Shown in pieces: positions 27,914 through 37,678 of a stretch of 64,000 bases of DNA (positions within the stretch are counted from its first letter, which is position 1; each line of letters begins with the position of its first letter). Under the pieces are notes generated by a model. It made no database searches, was not told the DNA's origin, and saw nothing but the letters and a program-made list of their open reading frames with translations. Source of the stretch: Candidatus Omnitrophota bacterium (GTDB lineage Bacteria > Omnitrophota > Gorgyraeia > Duberdicusellales > 4484-171); assembly GCA_024231025.1 (NCBI GenBank), contig JAAEQW010000256.1:2954-66953 (forward strand). Direction: 5' to 3'. A program made the position numbers and the translations under genes.

Positions 27914-30900
27914 ATGTATTTAAAAGAATTAGAAATTTTTGGGTTTAAATCGTTTCCGGAGAAAACAAAACTTTTGTTTGAACCGGGAACTACGGTTGTT
28001 GTTGGTCCAAATGGTTGTGGAAAATCAAATGTCTTTGACGCAATCAAGTGGTCGTTAGGAGAGCAGAGTCCGAAATCTTTGCGCGGGGCCAAAATGGAGG
28101 ACGTTATTTTTAACGGCACCGAACGTCACCCTGCCTTAAGCTATAGCGAAGTTACTTTAGTTTTTTCTAACGAGGACAATTATCTACCAATCGACTATAA
28201 AGAAGTAAGCGTCGCTCGGCGTCTTTATCGTTCCGGAGAAAGTCAATATTTTATAAATAAAAGTTTAGTTCGCCTTAAAGATGTTCAGCAATTATTTATG
28301 GGCACCGGGATTGGCGAGTCGACTTACTCTTTTGTTGAACAAGGTAAAATTGCAATATTCCTAAGTCATAAACCAGAAGAAAAACGTCTTATTTTTGATG
28401 AAGCAAGCGGAATCGTAAAGTATAAAGATCGCAAAAAAGAAACTTTAAAACGCCTTAAGGAGGCCGACGATAATTTGATTCGTCTGGAGGATATTCTCTC
28501 TGAGGTTGCTCGTCAAATCCGCTACCTCGAGCGTCAAGTTCAAAAAGCTAAGAAGTTTAAAGAAGTGCGCGAGCGTCTTATTGAGGTAGAGAAAAAAATA
28601 GCAACGATTGAACTCTCCAACTTAGATAAAAAAAGTGATGGCTTTGGTCAAGAGCTAGATGCGTTTGCGCAACAAGAAACAATTAAAACCCAAGAGCTGG
28701 AATCTCTTAATGCCGGTGCTAATTCCTTAGAAGAAGAATTAAATAGTTTAAGAATGAAATTAGAAGAAGCAAACGGAGTTGTCATATCAGTAAACGCACA
28801 AATTGAAAGTGCAACTAGTCATATTTCTGTTTATGTTCAGCAAATTGATGAATTGGGCCAGCGTAATCAAAATTTACACCACACCCAAGGTGGCTTGAAA
28901 GAAAGATTAAGCTTGCATGAACAAAGGGTGGTCGAAGAGCAAGCGCGGTGCTTAGCAATTGATGGTGAATCATCTTTGGCGGATAGTCAAATAGTTGCTC
29001 TAGGCGATGAAAGCGATGCCCTCAGTAAAGATATTGAGCAAGCGCGTCGTAATGCGCACAATGAAAAGAGTAAGATTTTTGAGTTCGAAAACGACAAAAC
29101 ACATGCCCACAATACCTTAATTGAAATTCAAGCTAATATAAGTTCATTCATTAAGCGCAAGCAACGGCTAACTCTGGATAAAACAAAAATAGAAGAGTTG
29201 GTTGATGAAAAAGAAGAGGCCTTCAAGCAGGCTTGCAGCGATCTTTCTAATTTAGAGGAGGAGCTTTCAATTTTGCGTGAGAAAAAAAACAATCTTTTGT
29301 TTAAAGAGAAAGAGCTTTCTTCTCGCAAAGAAGAGTTTAAAAATAAGCTGATCAACAAAGAAAAAGAAGAGGTAGAGCTGCAGTCATACTATGATTTCCT
29401 AAAAGATCTAAGTTCTAAATATGATATTTTTCCAGTTGATAAGAGGATTACTGTTATTTTTGATGAAGAGCCAAAAAATATTAATAAACTTGTTGCCTCC
29501 CTTAAAGGTGTAGATTTCTCTAATGAAGAAGGCATATACAAAGCCTCTGTGCAGGCAAAAGTAATATCTTTAGATGAAAGTCAATTAGAGCATAAAATCC
29601 AAAATGCTGCCAAGGAAATTGAGGATATTCGCATCAATTTGGAAACCATTGGTGTTGAGCTTAATAAGCTTAGGCAGGAATTAATTATCGAAACAAAACA
29701 ATTAGAAAATCAAGAACGCAAACTTTTTGAGAGCCAACAAGAGAAGGATAACCTTCAGAGAGATTGCCAGCGTTTTCGTGAAGAATTTGAATTAGTTGAT
29801 CAAGAACAACGCGCAACCCTTGAAAGCATAAGTGACTTAGAGGCACAGCAAAGCAAAAAAGAAGAAGAGCTCATGACTCACCAGCAGAATTTAGCGCTTA
29901 CTCAAGGCAGCCTTGATGCGGCTCAATCAACGATAGCGAAAAGCCTGGAGAGGATAAAAGAAATTGATATAGAGGTTGCTCGCAAAGAAGCGCACAAGCA
30001 GTCCTTGTTTAAAGAACGCGATTCGTTGCATTCAAAGGTGAGTTTATTTGAAGAGGAAAAACTTAATATTTTTAATAATTTGGCAAGCTTAGACAAAGAG
30101 CACCAAGATAATGTTTTGCGGTCGAATGATCTGCAAGCAGAGATAAACACTTTGCATGAAAAAATTGCAATCGATAAAGAGACAACTAAATCTGCAATCC
30201 AGGAAAAAGAATCTCTTGATACCCAAGAAAGAGAGCTATTGCAGAAAATATCTCAAAGTAGGGATTTCGCACGCAGCTTAGAGGAGCAGTGTCAGAAATT
30301 TCGTTCTTGTGTTTATAACAAAAAATTAGAGGCGCAAGGTCTGGATTACGAAAGAGAAAAGATTAAAGATTATCTTCTTCAGGTTTATGAAGAAAATCTC
30401 CAGCACTATCAATATCAAGATACTGGCGAATCTTTTGATGAATTGCTAGAGGAAAAAGACAAGTTGATAAAAAGAAAGCACTCACTTGGCGAAGTTAATT
30501 TAGTTGCGATTGAAGAGTTTGAAGAATTAAAAAATCGACAGGATTTTCTTACTCAACAAAGAGACGATTTAAATATTTCAAAAGATAATTTAAAGAAAGC
30601 GATTAGCAAAATTAATCGTACCTGCAAAGAGCTCTTTTTGGAAACTTTTTATAAAATTCAAGAAGAGTTTAAGAAAAACTTCCGTTTTCTTTTTAATGGC
30701 GGCCATGCCAGCCTCATGCTCATAGATAAGGATGACGTATTGGAGTCAGGAGTAGAAATTGAGGTTCAACCACCGGGTAAAAAATGTCAAAATGTTTCAC
30801 TTCTTTCCGGAGGAGAAAAAGCTTTAACTGCGATTGCGTTGATTTTTGCTATTTTTAGAGTGCGCCCATCTCCGCTTTGCGTGCTTGATGAAATTGATGC

Positions 30901-31096
30901 ACCGTTAGATGAAGCTAACGTTGATCGATTCAACCATCTTATAAAAGAGTTTTCATCGTTTTCTCAATTTATTATTATTACCCATAACAAAAAAACCATG
31001 AGCAATGCTGATGTTTTATATGGGGTTACGATGCAGGAGAAGGGGGTGTCAAAGCTCGTTTCAGTAAAACTCGCCGAACAAGAGGTTGCCGCTTAA
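27914..31096 (+). CDS. smc: Chromosome segregation protein SMC
   Basis: N-terminal Walker A (GPNGCGKSN), long coiled coils with a hinge, and a C-terminal ABC signature plus Walker B (LSGGEKALTAIALIFAI...VLDEIDAPLD). Confidence 0.85.
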   Translation: MYLKELEIFGFKSFPEKTKLLFEPGTTVVVGPNGCGKSNVFDAIKWSLGEQSPKSLRGAKMEDVIFNGTERHPALSYSEVTLVFSNEDNYLPIDYKEVSVARRLYRSGESQYFINKSLVRLKDVQQLFMGTGIGESTYSFVEQGKIAIFLSHKPEEKRLIFDEASGIVKYKDRKKETLKRLKEADDNLIRLEDILSEVARQIRYLERQVQKAKKFKEVRERLIEVEKKIATIELSNLDKKSDGFGQELDAFAQQETIKTQELESLNAGANSLEEELNSLRMKLEEANGVVISVNAQIESATSHISVYVQQIDELGQRNQNLHHTQGGLKERLSLHEQRVVEEQARCLAIDGESSLADSQIVALGDESDALSKDIEQARRNAHNEKSKIFEFENDKTHAHNTLIEIQANISSFIKRKQRLTLDKTKIEELVDEKEEAFKQACSDLSNLEEELSILREKKNNLLFKEKELSSRKEEFKNKLINKEKEEVELQSYYDFLKDLSSKYDIFPVDKRITVIFDEEPKNINKLVASLKGVDFSNEEGIYKASVQAKVISLDESQLEHKIQNAAKEIEDIRINLETIGVELNKLRQELIIETKQLENQERKLFESQQEKDNLQRDCQRFREEFELVDQEQRATLESISDLEAQQSKKEEELMTHQQNLALTQGSLDAAQSTIAKSLERIKEIDIEVARKEAHKQSLFKERDSLHSKVSLFEEEKLNIFNNLASLDKEHQDNVLRSNDLQAEINTLHEKIAIDKETTKSAIQEKESLDTQERELLQKISQSRDFARSLEEQCQKFRSCVYNKKLEAQGLDYEREKIKDYLLQVYEENLQHYQYQDTGESFDELLEEKDKLIKRKHSLGEVNLVAIEEFEELKNRQDFLTQQRDDLNISKDNLKKAISKINRTCKELFLETFYKIQEEFKKNFRFLFNGGHASLMLIDKDDVLESGVEIEVQPPGKKCQNVSLLSGGEKALTAIALIFAIFRVRPSPLCVLDEIDAPLDEANVDRFNHLIKEFSSFSQFIIITHNKKTMSNADVLYGVTMQEKGVSKLVSVKLAEQEVAA

Positions 31097-32256
31097 GCCA
31101 GAACGACTCTATTTTTCCCTTGATTTTTTGCTGCATATAAAGCTTTATCGGCTTTTTCGATCAGGGCTGCTTTGTTGTCGCCGTCTTTAGGGAAAGAAGC
31201 AATCCCTACGCTAATTGTGAATTTATGCTTTGAATTGTTTTGAGTTGATTCTCTTATGCGTTGGGCAAGATAGAAAGCTTCTTCCTTGCTTGCCGATGGA
31301 ATAATTAACGAAAACTCTTCTCCGCCATAGCGACAGATTATATCCACTTTGCGACAATTTTCTCTGAATATTTCAGCAATTTTTTTAAGTGCTTTGTCGC
31401 CTTCAATGTGGCCGAAAGTGTCGTTAAATTTTTTAAAGTCGTCTAAATCAACCATCATAATTGATAAGCTTTCGTTATTGGCCTTAGCTCTTTGCAGCTC
31501 CTCATCTAATTTATATTGGAAATATCCATGATTCCATAAAGAAGTTAAGGAGTCGGTGTGAGAGCGGGTTAATGTGTTTTCAAATATTTGAGAGTTTTCA
31601 ATGGCTCCACAAGCTTGCTCAACAAACATATTAAATATTTTTATATCCTCTTCGTTTATTGGCTTTTGAGTGATGGAGTTATCTACAATAATTAATCCGG
31701 CAGGTTTTTCTTTTATCCATAGTGATGCCGCCAGAAAATCTTTTAAGTGTAACTTAGATATTAATGGATCTTTCTGGCTATTTTCTATTTCTTCACTGGC
31801 GAAATAAATGGGCCCCTTTTCGCTAAGGATTTCAGAGAGAATTCCGTTCTCCTTTTCTGTGCTAAAAGACAAGGATCGCACCAGCTCCATAAATTTCGGA
31901 CGCACTTTGCCCTCTTTGATTGGGCGATAGCTTTCGATTAAATCATAAAGATCTTTTTTTTCGTCTTTGATGTTTTTCCATATCGTGTCGGCTTCTGCTC
32001 CGTCAACTGATCCAATTCCCATAAACCCGTTTATTTTTTTATTTCCACTAGCGGTTAAAAAAAGAACCGCGCGATTAAAACCGAGCCCCTGGTGAGCGGT
32101 TAATCCGGTTAAGATGATGTAGGCAATTTCGTCAAGATGCAGAGTTGTGCGCATTGCCTTGGTAAGCTCGTAGAAAATGTAAAGCTGGGAACGTATTTTT
32201 TCTACTTCTTTCTGTAGTTTTTTTATTTCGTCAATCATAGTGTATATTGATATCAT
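31093..32256 (-). CDS. GAF-domain diguanylate cyclase (GGDEF)
   Basis: C-terminal GGDEF domain with an intact RYGGEEF active site and an N-terminal GAF-like sensor. Convergent with smc, overlapping it by 4 bp. Confidence 0.8.
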   Translation of the reverse strand: MISIYTMIDEIKKLQKEVEKIRSQLYIFYELTKAMRTTLHLDEIAYIILTGLTAHQGLGFNRAVLFLTASGNKKINGFMGIGSVDGAEADTIWKNIKDEKKDLYDLIESYRPIKEGKVRPKFMELVRSLSFSTEKENGILSEILSEKGPIYFASEEIENSQKDPLISKLHLKDFLAASLWIKEKPAGLIIVDNSITQKPINEEDIKIFNMFVEQACGAIENSQIFENTLTRSHTDSLTSLWNHGYFQYKLDEELQRAKANNESLSIMMVDLDDFKKFNDTFGHIEGDKALKKIAEIFRENCRKVDIICRYGGEEFSLIIPSASKEEAFYLAQRIRESTQNNSKHKFTISVGIASFPKDGDNKAALIEKADKALYAAKNQGKNRVVLA

Positions 32257-32394
32257 ACTTTAGCTTAGTTTGCAACTTAATTTTTATCTGGTAAAATACA
32301 TTTTGATTCTTTCATGAGCCACTAAGTTCAATACCGTATTGAATCTAGTAGGGGTTTGAAATTTACGAAAGAGTGTGTATTTTTAGGAGATATT

Positions 32395-33426
32395 GTGAAA
32401 AAGAACCTTTTTAAACTTTCTGAATATGATTTCAATTTGCCCCATGAATTGATCGCACAAAGCCCCCTAACCCCGCGGGACAGTTCAAGATTGCTGGTGA
32501 TTAATCGAAAAAACAGCACGATCAATGAGCGCGTTTTTCGCGATATTGTAGATTATTTGGGCGCGGGAGATGCCCTTGTTTTAAATGATACCAAGGTGAT
32601 TAATGCTCGCTTGCTTGGCCAACGCAAAACCGGAGGAAAAATAGAAGCCCTTCTTTTGCGTCAAGAGCGCGCGGGTGTTTGGAGGGCCTTAGTTAATCCA
32701 GGAAAACGAGCAAAAACAGGTGAGGTAATTTTCTTTGAAGGCGGCCTAAGGGCCAAAATTTTGGGTGTAACTTCTGATGGTGGACGTATTTTAGAATTTT
32801 CATCAAAAAATATAAAAAAGTTATTGCCGTCCTTGGGTAAAGTTCCTCTGCCACCTTATATAAAGAAAGAGATTACAAGCCCAGAACAATATCAAACCAC
32901 TTATGCTAATTGTCAAGGAGCAATCGCCGCTCCAACGGCGGGGTTGCATTTTACCAAGGCTCTTTTAAAGAGAATTAAAAGTAAAGGCGTAAAAATAGTC
33001 TATATCACCTTGCATTGCGGTTTGTCTACTTTTCGTCCAGTAAAGACCGACGACATTCGTGATCATCCAATGAGTGAAGAGTGGATTGAAATATCAAAAA
33101 AGGCTTCAGAAGATATCAATGCGGCCAAGCGCATAGTCGCAGTAGGTACTACTGTTGTGCGTGCCCTAGAAAGCGCTGCATATCGGGATGATAGCAATGA
33201 GTGGAGGATGAAATCTTTTCTTGGCGATACTAAGCTATACATGACTTCGGATTACACCTTTAAGGTAGTCGATGCATTAATAACTAATTTTCATACTCCG
33301 CATTCCACTAATTTGATTCTTGTCTCTACTCTATGCGGACGAGAACTATTGAAGAGAAGTTATGAGTATGCGATCAAAGAGAAGTTTAGATTTTTTAGCT
33401 TTGGAGACGCTACTTTTATAGAATAG
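32395..33426 (+). CDS. queA: S-adenosylmethionine:tRNA ribosyltransferase-isomerase
   Basis: Characteristic N-terminus (LSEYDFNLPHELIAQSP). GTG start with an AGGAGA Shine-Dalgarno; the tracker start at 32356 is TTG. Confidence 0.85.
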   Translation: MKKNLFKLSEYDFNLPHELIAQSPLTPRDSSRLLVINRKNSTINERVFRDIVDYLGAGDALVLNDTKVINARLLGQRKTGGKIEALLLRQERAGVWRALVNPGKRAKTGEVIFFEGGLRAKILGVTSDGGRILEFSSKNIKKLLPSLGKVPLPPYIKKEITSPEQYQTTYANCQGAIAAPTAGLHFTKALLKRIKSKGVKIVYITLHCGLSTFRPVKTDDIRDHPMSEEWIEISKKASEDINAAKRIVAVGTTVVRALESAAYRDDSNEWRMKSFLGDTKLYMTSDYTFKVVDALITNFHTPHSTNLILVSTLCGRELLKRSYEYAIKEKFRFFSFGDATFIE

Positions 33427-33482
33427 CGTGCAATATATTGCGTATCAACAAGTTATGAGCGAGAATAAAAAATAGTTGTTTC

Positions 33483-33511
33483 GTTGACTAAGCCTAATAT
33501 TTCTAATATAA
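33483..33511 (+). promoter_or_regulatory. Consensus sigma70 promoter TTGACT-17-TATAAT, followed by a roughly 175-nt structured leader upstream of the EF-G paralog
   Basis: ttgact 33483-33488, tataat 33506-33511. The leader contains hairpin GGCTGTT-atgaaatgc-AACAGCC and a 6-codon uORF (MKCNSL). Confidence 0.55.
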
Positions 33512-33686
33512 TAACCCATTATAGGGCTGTTATGAAATGCAACAGCCTCTGATTACGGAGTTTGGGGAAAGGTTACAGCGGTTGGAAGCATTGAGTTTTT
33601 AATCTCTGTAATCTTGCTTTAATCGTTGTAATCAAGCATAACTTTATTAAAGCTATGTTTGAAGATTGTACCAGGAGGAAATTTAT

Positions 33687-35684
33687 ATGAGAGATGATTT
33701 AACAAAGAAAAAAGTTTTCATGTTGTGCGGTCATGCTCAAAGTGGCAAAACTTCTTTGGCCGAGGGGATTCTTTTTAAGAGTGGAGCGATCCCTCGCCTG
33801 GGACGAGTTGAAGAAGCAAATACGGTAAGCGATTATGAGGATGACGAAAAGAATAGAGCTAGTTCAATTAATCTTGCCGTTGTTAATGCGCAGTATAAAG
33901 AAAATTTTCTTCAAATTATCGATGCGCCTGGATATTTAGATTTCGTAGGTGAAACAATTTTGGCTAGTCGCGGTGCCGATTTTGCCGTTATGGTAGTTGA
34001 TGCAGCTGCCGGAGTAGAAGTTGGTACAGATAAAACTTGGGACATAATTCGTCAAGAAAATTTACCGTGTATGTTTTTTGTTAATAAACTTGATAAAGAA
34101 GATACAAATTTTCAAGGAGTTGTCGCTGATATACAGAAAAGTTTCAGTAAAAAAGCAATACCATTTTGTTCTTTTGAGGACGGAAAAATTATCAATAATT
34201 TAAAAGATAAAAGCAGTTCTTTCTACGGCCAAATCGTAGAGGCGGTTGCCGAAAGCGATGATGCTTTACTTGAGAAATATTTGGAAAGTGGTGCTATCGA
34301 TGATCAAGAATTTGAGCCGGCGTTAAAAAAAGCTATTGCTAACGGTAATTTGTTTCCGATAGTTTGCGGCTTTGTGACTTCTGATAGCGGGATAGATAGC
34401 TTTTTAGACATAATGATAAGCGCGATGCCTTCTGCGGCGGATGCTTTAGCTAGGAAAGTCAATAAGAAAGGCGAGGAGATAGAGATTGCCCCAAAAGTTG
34501 ATGGTCCACTGGTTGCTCAAGTTTTTAAAACAATAATTGATCCATTTGTTGGGCAACTTAGTATTTTTAGAGTGTTTTCGGGCAAAATTTCATCAAGTAG
34601 CGATATCTTTAATGGAACACAAGCCAGTAAAGAAAAACTAGGGCAAATTTTCTTACTTCAAGGCAAACAGCAGGTAACTACAGACGCAATTTGCGCCGGA
34701 GAAATCGGCGCAGTCGCGAAACTTAAAAATACTTCTACTATGGACGTTTTTTGTGATGCGTCCGGTGTTGTTGAATTCGCGAGTCTGAATTTTCCTTCAC
34801 CAGCTTATTCTGCCTCAGTTAAACCAAAAACGCGTAAAGATGAAGAAAAAATTTCAACTGCGCTTAGTCGTTTGACTAGCGAAGATTCAACGATTATGGT
34901 TTCTCGTGACAGCGGCGAACTGATAATTTCAGGAATGGGTGAACTTCATCTTAATGTAATTATTGAGCGGATGAAAAGAAAGTATGGAGCCGATGTTGAG
35001 CTGGGAACTCCAAAAGTTCCCTATAAAGAAACAATAACCAAATCGGTTAAGGTGCAAGGTAAGCACAAAAAACAGACTGGCGGTCATGGCCAATATGGAG
35101 ATTGCTCAATTGATGTTCAGCCTTTGGATCCGGAAAAAGATCTTGAGTTTGTTAACAGCATAGTTGGTGGAGCGATTCCTAAAAACTTTATACCTTCTGT
35201 TGAAAAAGGTGTTAGAAAAGCTATGAAACAGGGGATGCTTGCCGGTTGTCCTGTTTTTGGAGTGAAAGTTACCCTTTATGATGGCTCGTATCATCCGGTT
35301 GATTCATCGGACATGGCTTTTCAAATGGCAGGTTCATTGGCGATGAGAAAAGCCTTAGAGCAGGCAGGAAGTGTGTTGCTTGAGCCGATTATGGATGTGG
35401 AAATTGTTATTCCCGGAGAGTTGATGGGGCAAATTACCGGCGACATAAATGGGCGGCGTGGAAAAGTGATGGGAATGGAAGTTAAAGGAAAAAACGAGGC
35501 AGTAAAAGCACAAATCCCTTTAGCCGAAATGTTTAAGTATGCTTCTGATTTACGGTCAGTAACCGGAGGCAGGGGTAGTTATTCGATGAGTTTTTCTCAT
35601 TGCGCTCAAGTACCGGCGCGTATTGCTCAGGGTATAATTGATAAGGCTAAAAAAGAAAAAGAGGAAGAAGTGCACTCACATTAA
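33687..35684 (+). CDS. Elongation factor G-like translational GTPase (EF-G paralog)
   Basis: Five-domain EF-G architecture with a divergent G1 motif (GHAQSGKT instead of AHIDAGKT) and a DAPGYLDF G3 motif. AGGAGG 7 nt before the ATG. Confidence 0.75.
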   Translation: MRDDLTKKKVFMLCGHAQSGKTSLAEGILFKSGAIPRLGRVEEANTVSDYEDDEKNRASSINLAVVNAQYKENFLQIIDAPGYLDFVGETILASRGADFAVMVVDAAAGVEVGTDKTWDIIRQENLPCMFFVNKLDKEDTNFQGVVADIQKSFSKKAIPFCSFEDGKIINNLKDKSSSFYGQIVEAVAESDDALLEKYLESGAIDDQEFEPALKKAIANGNLFPIVCGFVTSDSGIDSFLDIMISAMPSAADALARKVNKKGEEIEIAPKVDGPLVAQVFKTIIDPFVGQLSIFRVFSGKISSSSDIFNGTQASKEKLGQIFLLQGKQQVTTDAICAGEIGAVAKLKNTSTMDVFCDASGVVEFASLNFPSPAYSASVKPKTRKDEEKISTALSRLTSEDSTIMVSRDSGELIISGMGELHLNVIIERMKRKYGADVELGTPKVPYKETITKSVKVQGKHKKQTGGHGQYGDCSIDVQPLDPEKDLEFVNSIVGGAIPKNFIPSVEKGVRKAMKQGMLAGCPVFGVKVTLYDGSYHPVDSSDMAFQMAGSLAMRKALEQAGSVLLEPIMDVEIVIPGELMGQITGDINGRRGKVMGMEVKGKNEAVKAQIPLAEMFKYASDLRSVTGGRGSYSMSFSHCAQVPARIAQGIIDKAKKEKEEEVHSH

Positions 35685-35692
35685 GGATAAAA

Positions 35693-37207
35693 ATGTTAAA
35701 AATAAGAAGAGTTTTGATCAGTGTTTGGGATAAAAAAGGTGTGGTAGATTTTGCTAAAAAACTATCTGAACATAATGTTGAGATAATTTCAACCGGCAAG
35801 ACAGCATCTCTTTTGCGTAAAAGTGGCGTTAACGCTCAGGACGTATCATCGCTGACCCTTTTTCCGGAGATACTTTCAGGAAGGGTGAAAACTCTTCATC
35901 CTAAAGTATTCGGAGGTATTTTAGCTAATAAAAAACATCCCCTACATATGGAGGAGATTAAGAATTTGAGTATTCAGCCTATTGATATGGTGATCGTTAA
36001 TCTTTATCCATTTGTTCAGAAAGTAAACGACAAGTTGATTTGGGATGAGATGGTTGAGTACATTGACATTGGCGGTCCGAGCATGTTACGGGCGGCGGCT
36101 AAGAATTTTAAAAATGTTGCCTGTGTAAGTGACTGCTCCCAATATAAGGCTATCGCTGATGAATTAAAAAAGAGTAAGGGGTTTTTGTCAGAAAATACAC
36201 TAAAGGCGCTTGCCCAACAAGTGTTTTACCTTACCAGAGAGTATGATAATTGTATTTATAATTACTTCAAGGGCCAAGAAATTTTGACTTGGAATTTGGA
36301 AAAATCTTCTTCTTTGCGTTATGGAGAAAATCCTCATCAGTCTGCCGGTCTTTATGATTTGGTTGACGGAAGCAGTTTAAAAGTTAATCAAATCCAGGGT
36401 AAAGAGTTGTCGTACAATAATTTTTTGGATCTCGATGCAGCATACACATGCATAAGAGAATTCGACGAGCCCGCAGCAACGATAGTTAAGCATGCGTCAA
36501 TTTGCGGAGTAGGGGTAGACAAAAAACTTGCCTCTGCCTATAAAAAAGCTTATCTAACGGATACTCTTTCCAGCTTTGGCGGTATTATTGCCCTAAACCG
36601 TAAGGTTGATAAGGAAACAGCCGATCAGATTATAAAGAGCGGATTTAAGGAGTGTGTCATTGCGCCGTCCTATTCTAAAGAGGCGCTTAAAATGTTTTCG
36701 ACAAAGAAGAATTTAAGAGTTTTGGAAACAAGCTTCAATCAGAAAATATCTTTACGCGACATCAGGGCGACTGCTTTTGGTCATTTAGTGCAGGAAAAGG
36801 ATGCCGTTTCTCTATCAAAAAATAATTTAAGAGTAGTTACTAAAAAGAAACCCTCACCGCATCAACTGAAGGATCTTGTTTTTGCCTGGAAGGTAGTTAA
36901 ATATGTTCGCTCTAACGCGATTGTGGTTGCTAAAAATCAAAGCGTTTTAGGCATTGGCGGAGGTCAGCCTTCTAGGGTGGGAGCCGCCAAAATTGCCCTG
37001 GCAAAGTTGGCTGGGTCTTGTAAAGGTGCCGTTTTGGCGAGTGATGGATTTTTTCCAAAAGAAGATTCGATTAAGCTTGTTCATAAAAAAGGTGTTAGGG
37101 CAATAATCCAGCCTGGTGGATCGATAAAAGACAATGACATTATCGATCTCTGCAATAAATTAGGCATTGTCATGATTTTTGTTGGCATGCGTCATTTTCG
37201 TCATTAA
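35693..37207 (+). CDS. purH: Bifunctional AICAR transformylase / IMP cyclohydrolase
   Basis: MGS-like N-terminal domain (VLISVWDKKGVVDFAKKL) and an AICARFT C-terminal domain. Confidence 0.9.
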   Translation: MLKIRRVLISVWDKKGVVDFAKKLSEHNVEIISTGKTASLLRKSGVNAQDVSSLTLFPEILSGRVKTLHPKVFGGILANKKHPLHMEEIKNLSIQPIDMVIVNLYPFVQKVNDKLIWDEMVEYIDIGGPSMLRAAAKNFKNVACVSDCSQYKAIADELKKSKGFLSENTLKALAQQVFYLTREYDNCIYNYFKGQEILTWNLEKSSSLRYGENPHQSAGLYDLVDGSSLKVNQIQGKELSYNNFLDLDAAYTCIREFDEPAATIVKHASICGVGVDKKLASAYKKAYLTDTLSSFGGIIALNRKVDKETADQIIKSGFKECVIAPSYSKEALKMFSTKKNLRVLETSFNQKISLRDIRATAFGHLVQEKDAVSLSKNNLRVVTKKKPSPHQLKDLVFAWKVVKYVRSNAIVVAKNQSVLGIGGGQPSRVGAAKIALAKLAGSCKGAVLASDGFFPKEDSIKLVHKKGVRAIIQPGGSIKDNDIIDLCNKLGIVMIFVGMRHFRH

Positions 37208-37216
37208 CCTTACGAT

Positions 37217-37540
37217 ATGGAAGTTGAATCTGCAAAACACTATTATGGTAAGGGGCATAACTGCGCTCAAGCAATTTTAAAAGCTTTTCAGAGTAAATTC
37301 AATATAAGTGATCGGCAAATTGAAGATGCCTCTACCCTTGGCAGAGGCAAGGCGAAGAATGGAGTGTGTGGAGCATTGTATGCTGCCGGATGGCTTTTAC
37401 CGAGGAATAAAAGTGAAATTCTTGATAAGAGTTTTCAATCTGTTGCAGGATCTATAAAATGCAAAGAAATCAGAAAGTTAAATAAGCTTTCTTGTGCAAA
37501 TTGTGTCGAGTTTTGTGCTCGATTCCTTAAAGAAGAATGA
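37217..37540 (+). CDS. C_GCAxxG_C_C family small putative redox protein
   Basis: HNCAQAILKAF ... GVCGALYAAG ... CKEIRK...CANCVEFC matches the PF09719 Cys pattern. Confidence 0.55.
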   Translation: MEVESAKHYYGKGHNCAQAILKAFQSKFNISDRQIEDASTLGRGKAKNGVCGALYAAGWLLPRNKSEILDKSFQSVAGSIKCKEIRKLNKLSCANCVEFCARFLKEE

Positions 37541-37582
37541 GATTTAAATAAAGATTACACAGCATAAGTGTATTTTTTTTAA

Positions 37583-37611
37583 TTGACAGAAAAAAATGCC
37601 AATGATACAAT
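37583..37611 (+). promoter_or_regulatory. Sigma70 promoter TTGACA-17-TACAAT for the glucan cluster
   Basis: ttgaca 37583-37588, tacaat 37606-37611. Then a roughly 65-nt leader with a TAAGGAGG Shine-Dalgarno. Confidence 0.5.
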
Positions 37612-37678
37612 TTTTTCACTCTATATATTAATAAAGAAGAGCAAAAATCAATAAAGATTGTTTTATAAGGAGGCAAAT

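Noticed and set aside
33430-33441. Perfect palindrome GCAATATATTGC right after the queA stop, resembling the NrdR-box core
   Set aside because: It is a single copy with different flanks, not upstream of an RNR gene, and has no T-tract for a terminator. Probably a chance AT-rich palindrome.
37541-37575. Weak hairpin TACAC-agcataa-GTGTA followed by a run of T after the C_GCAxxG gene, considered as a terminator
   Set aside because: The stem is only 5 bp and AT-rich. Plausible but too weak to list as a feature.
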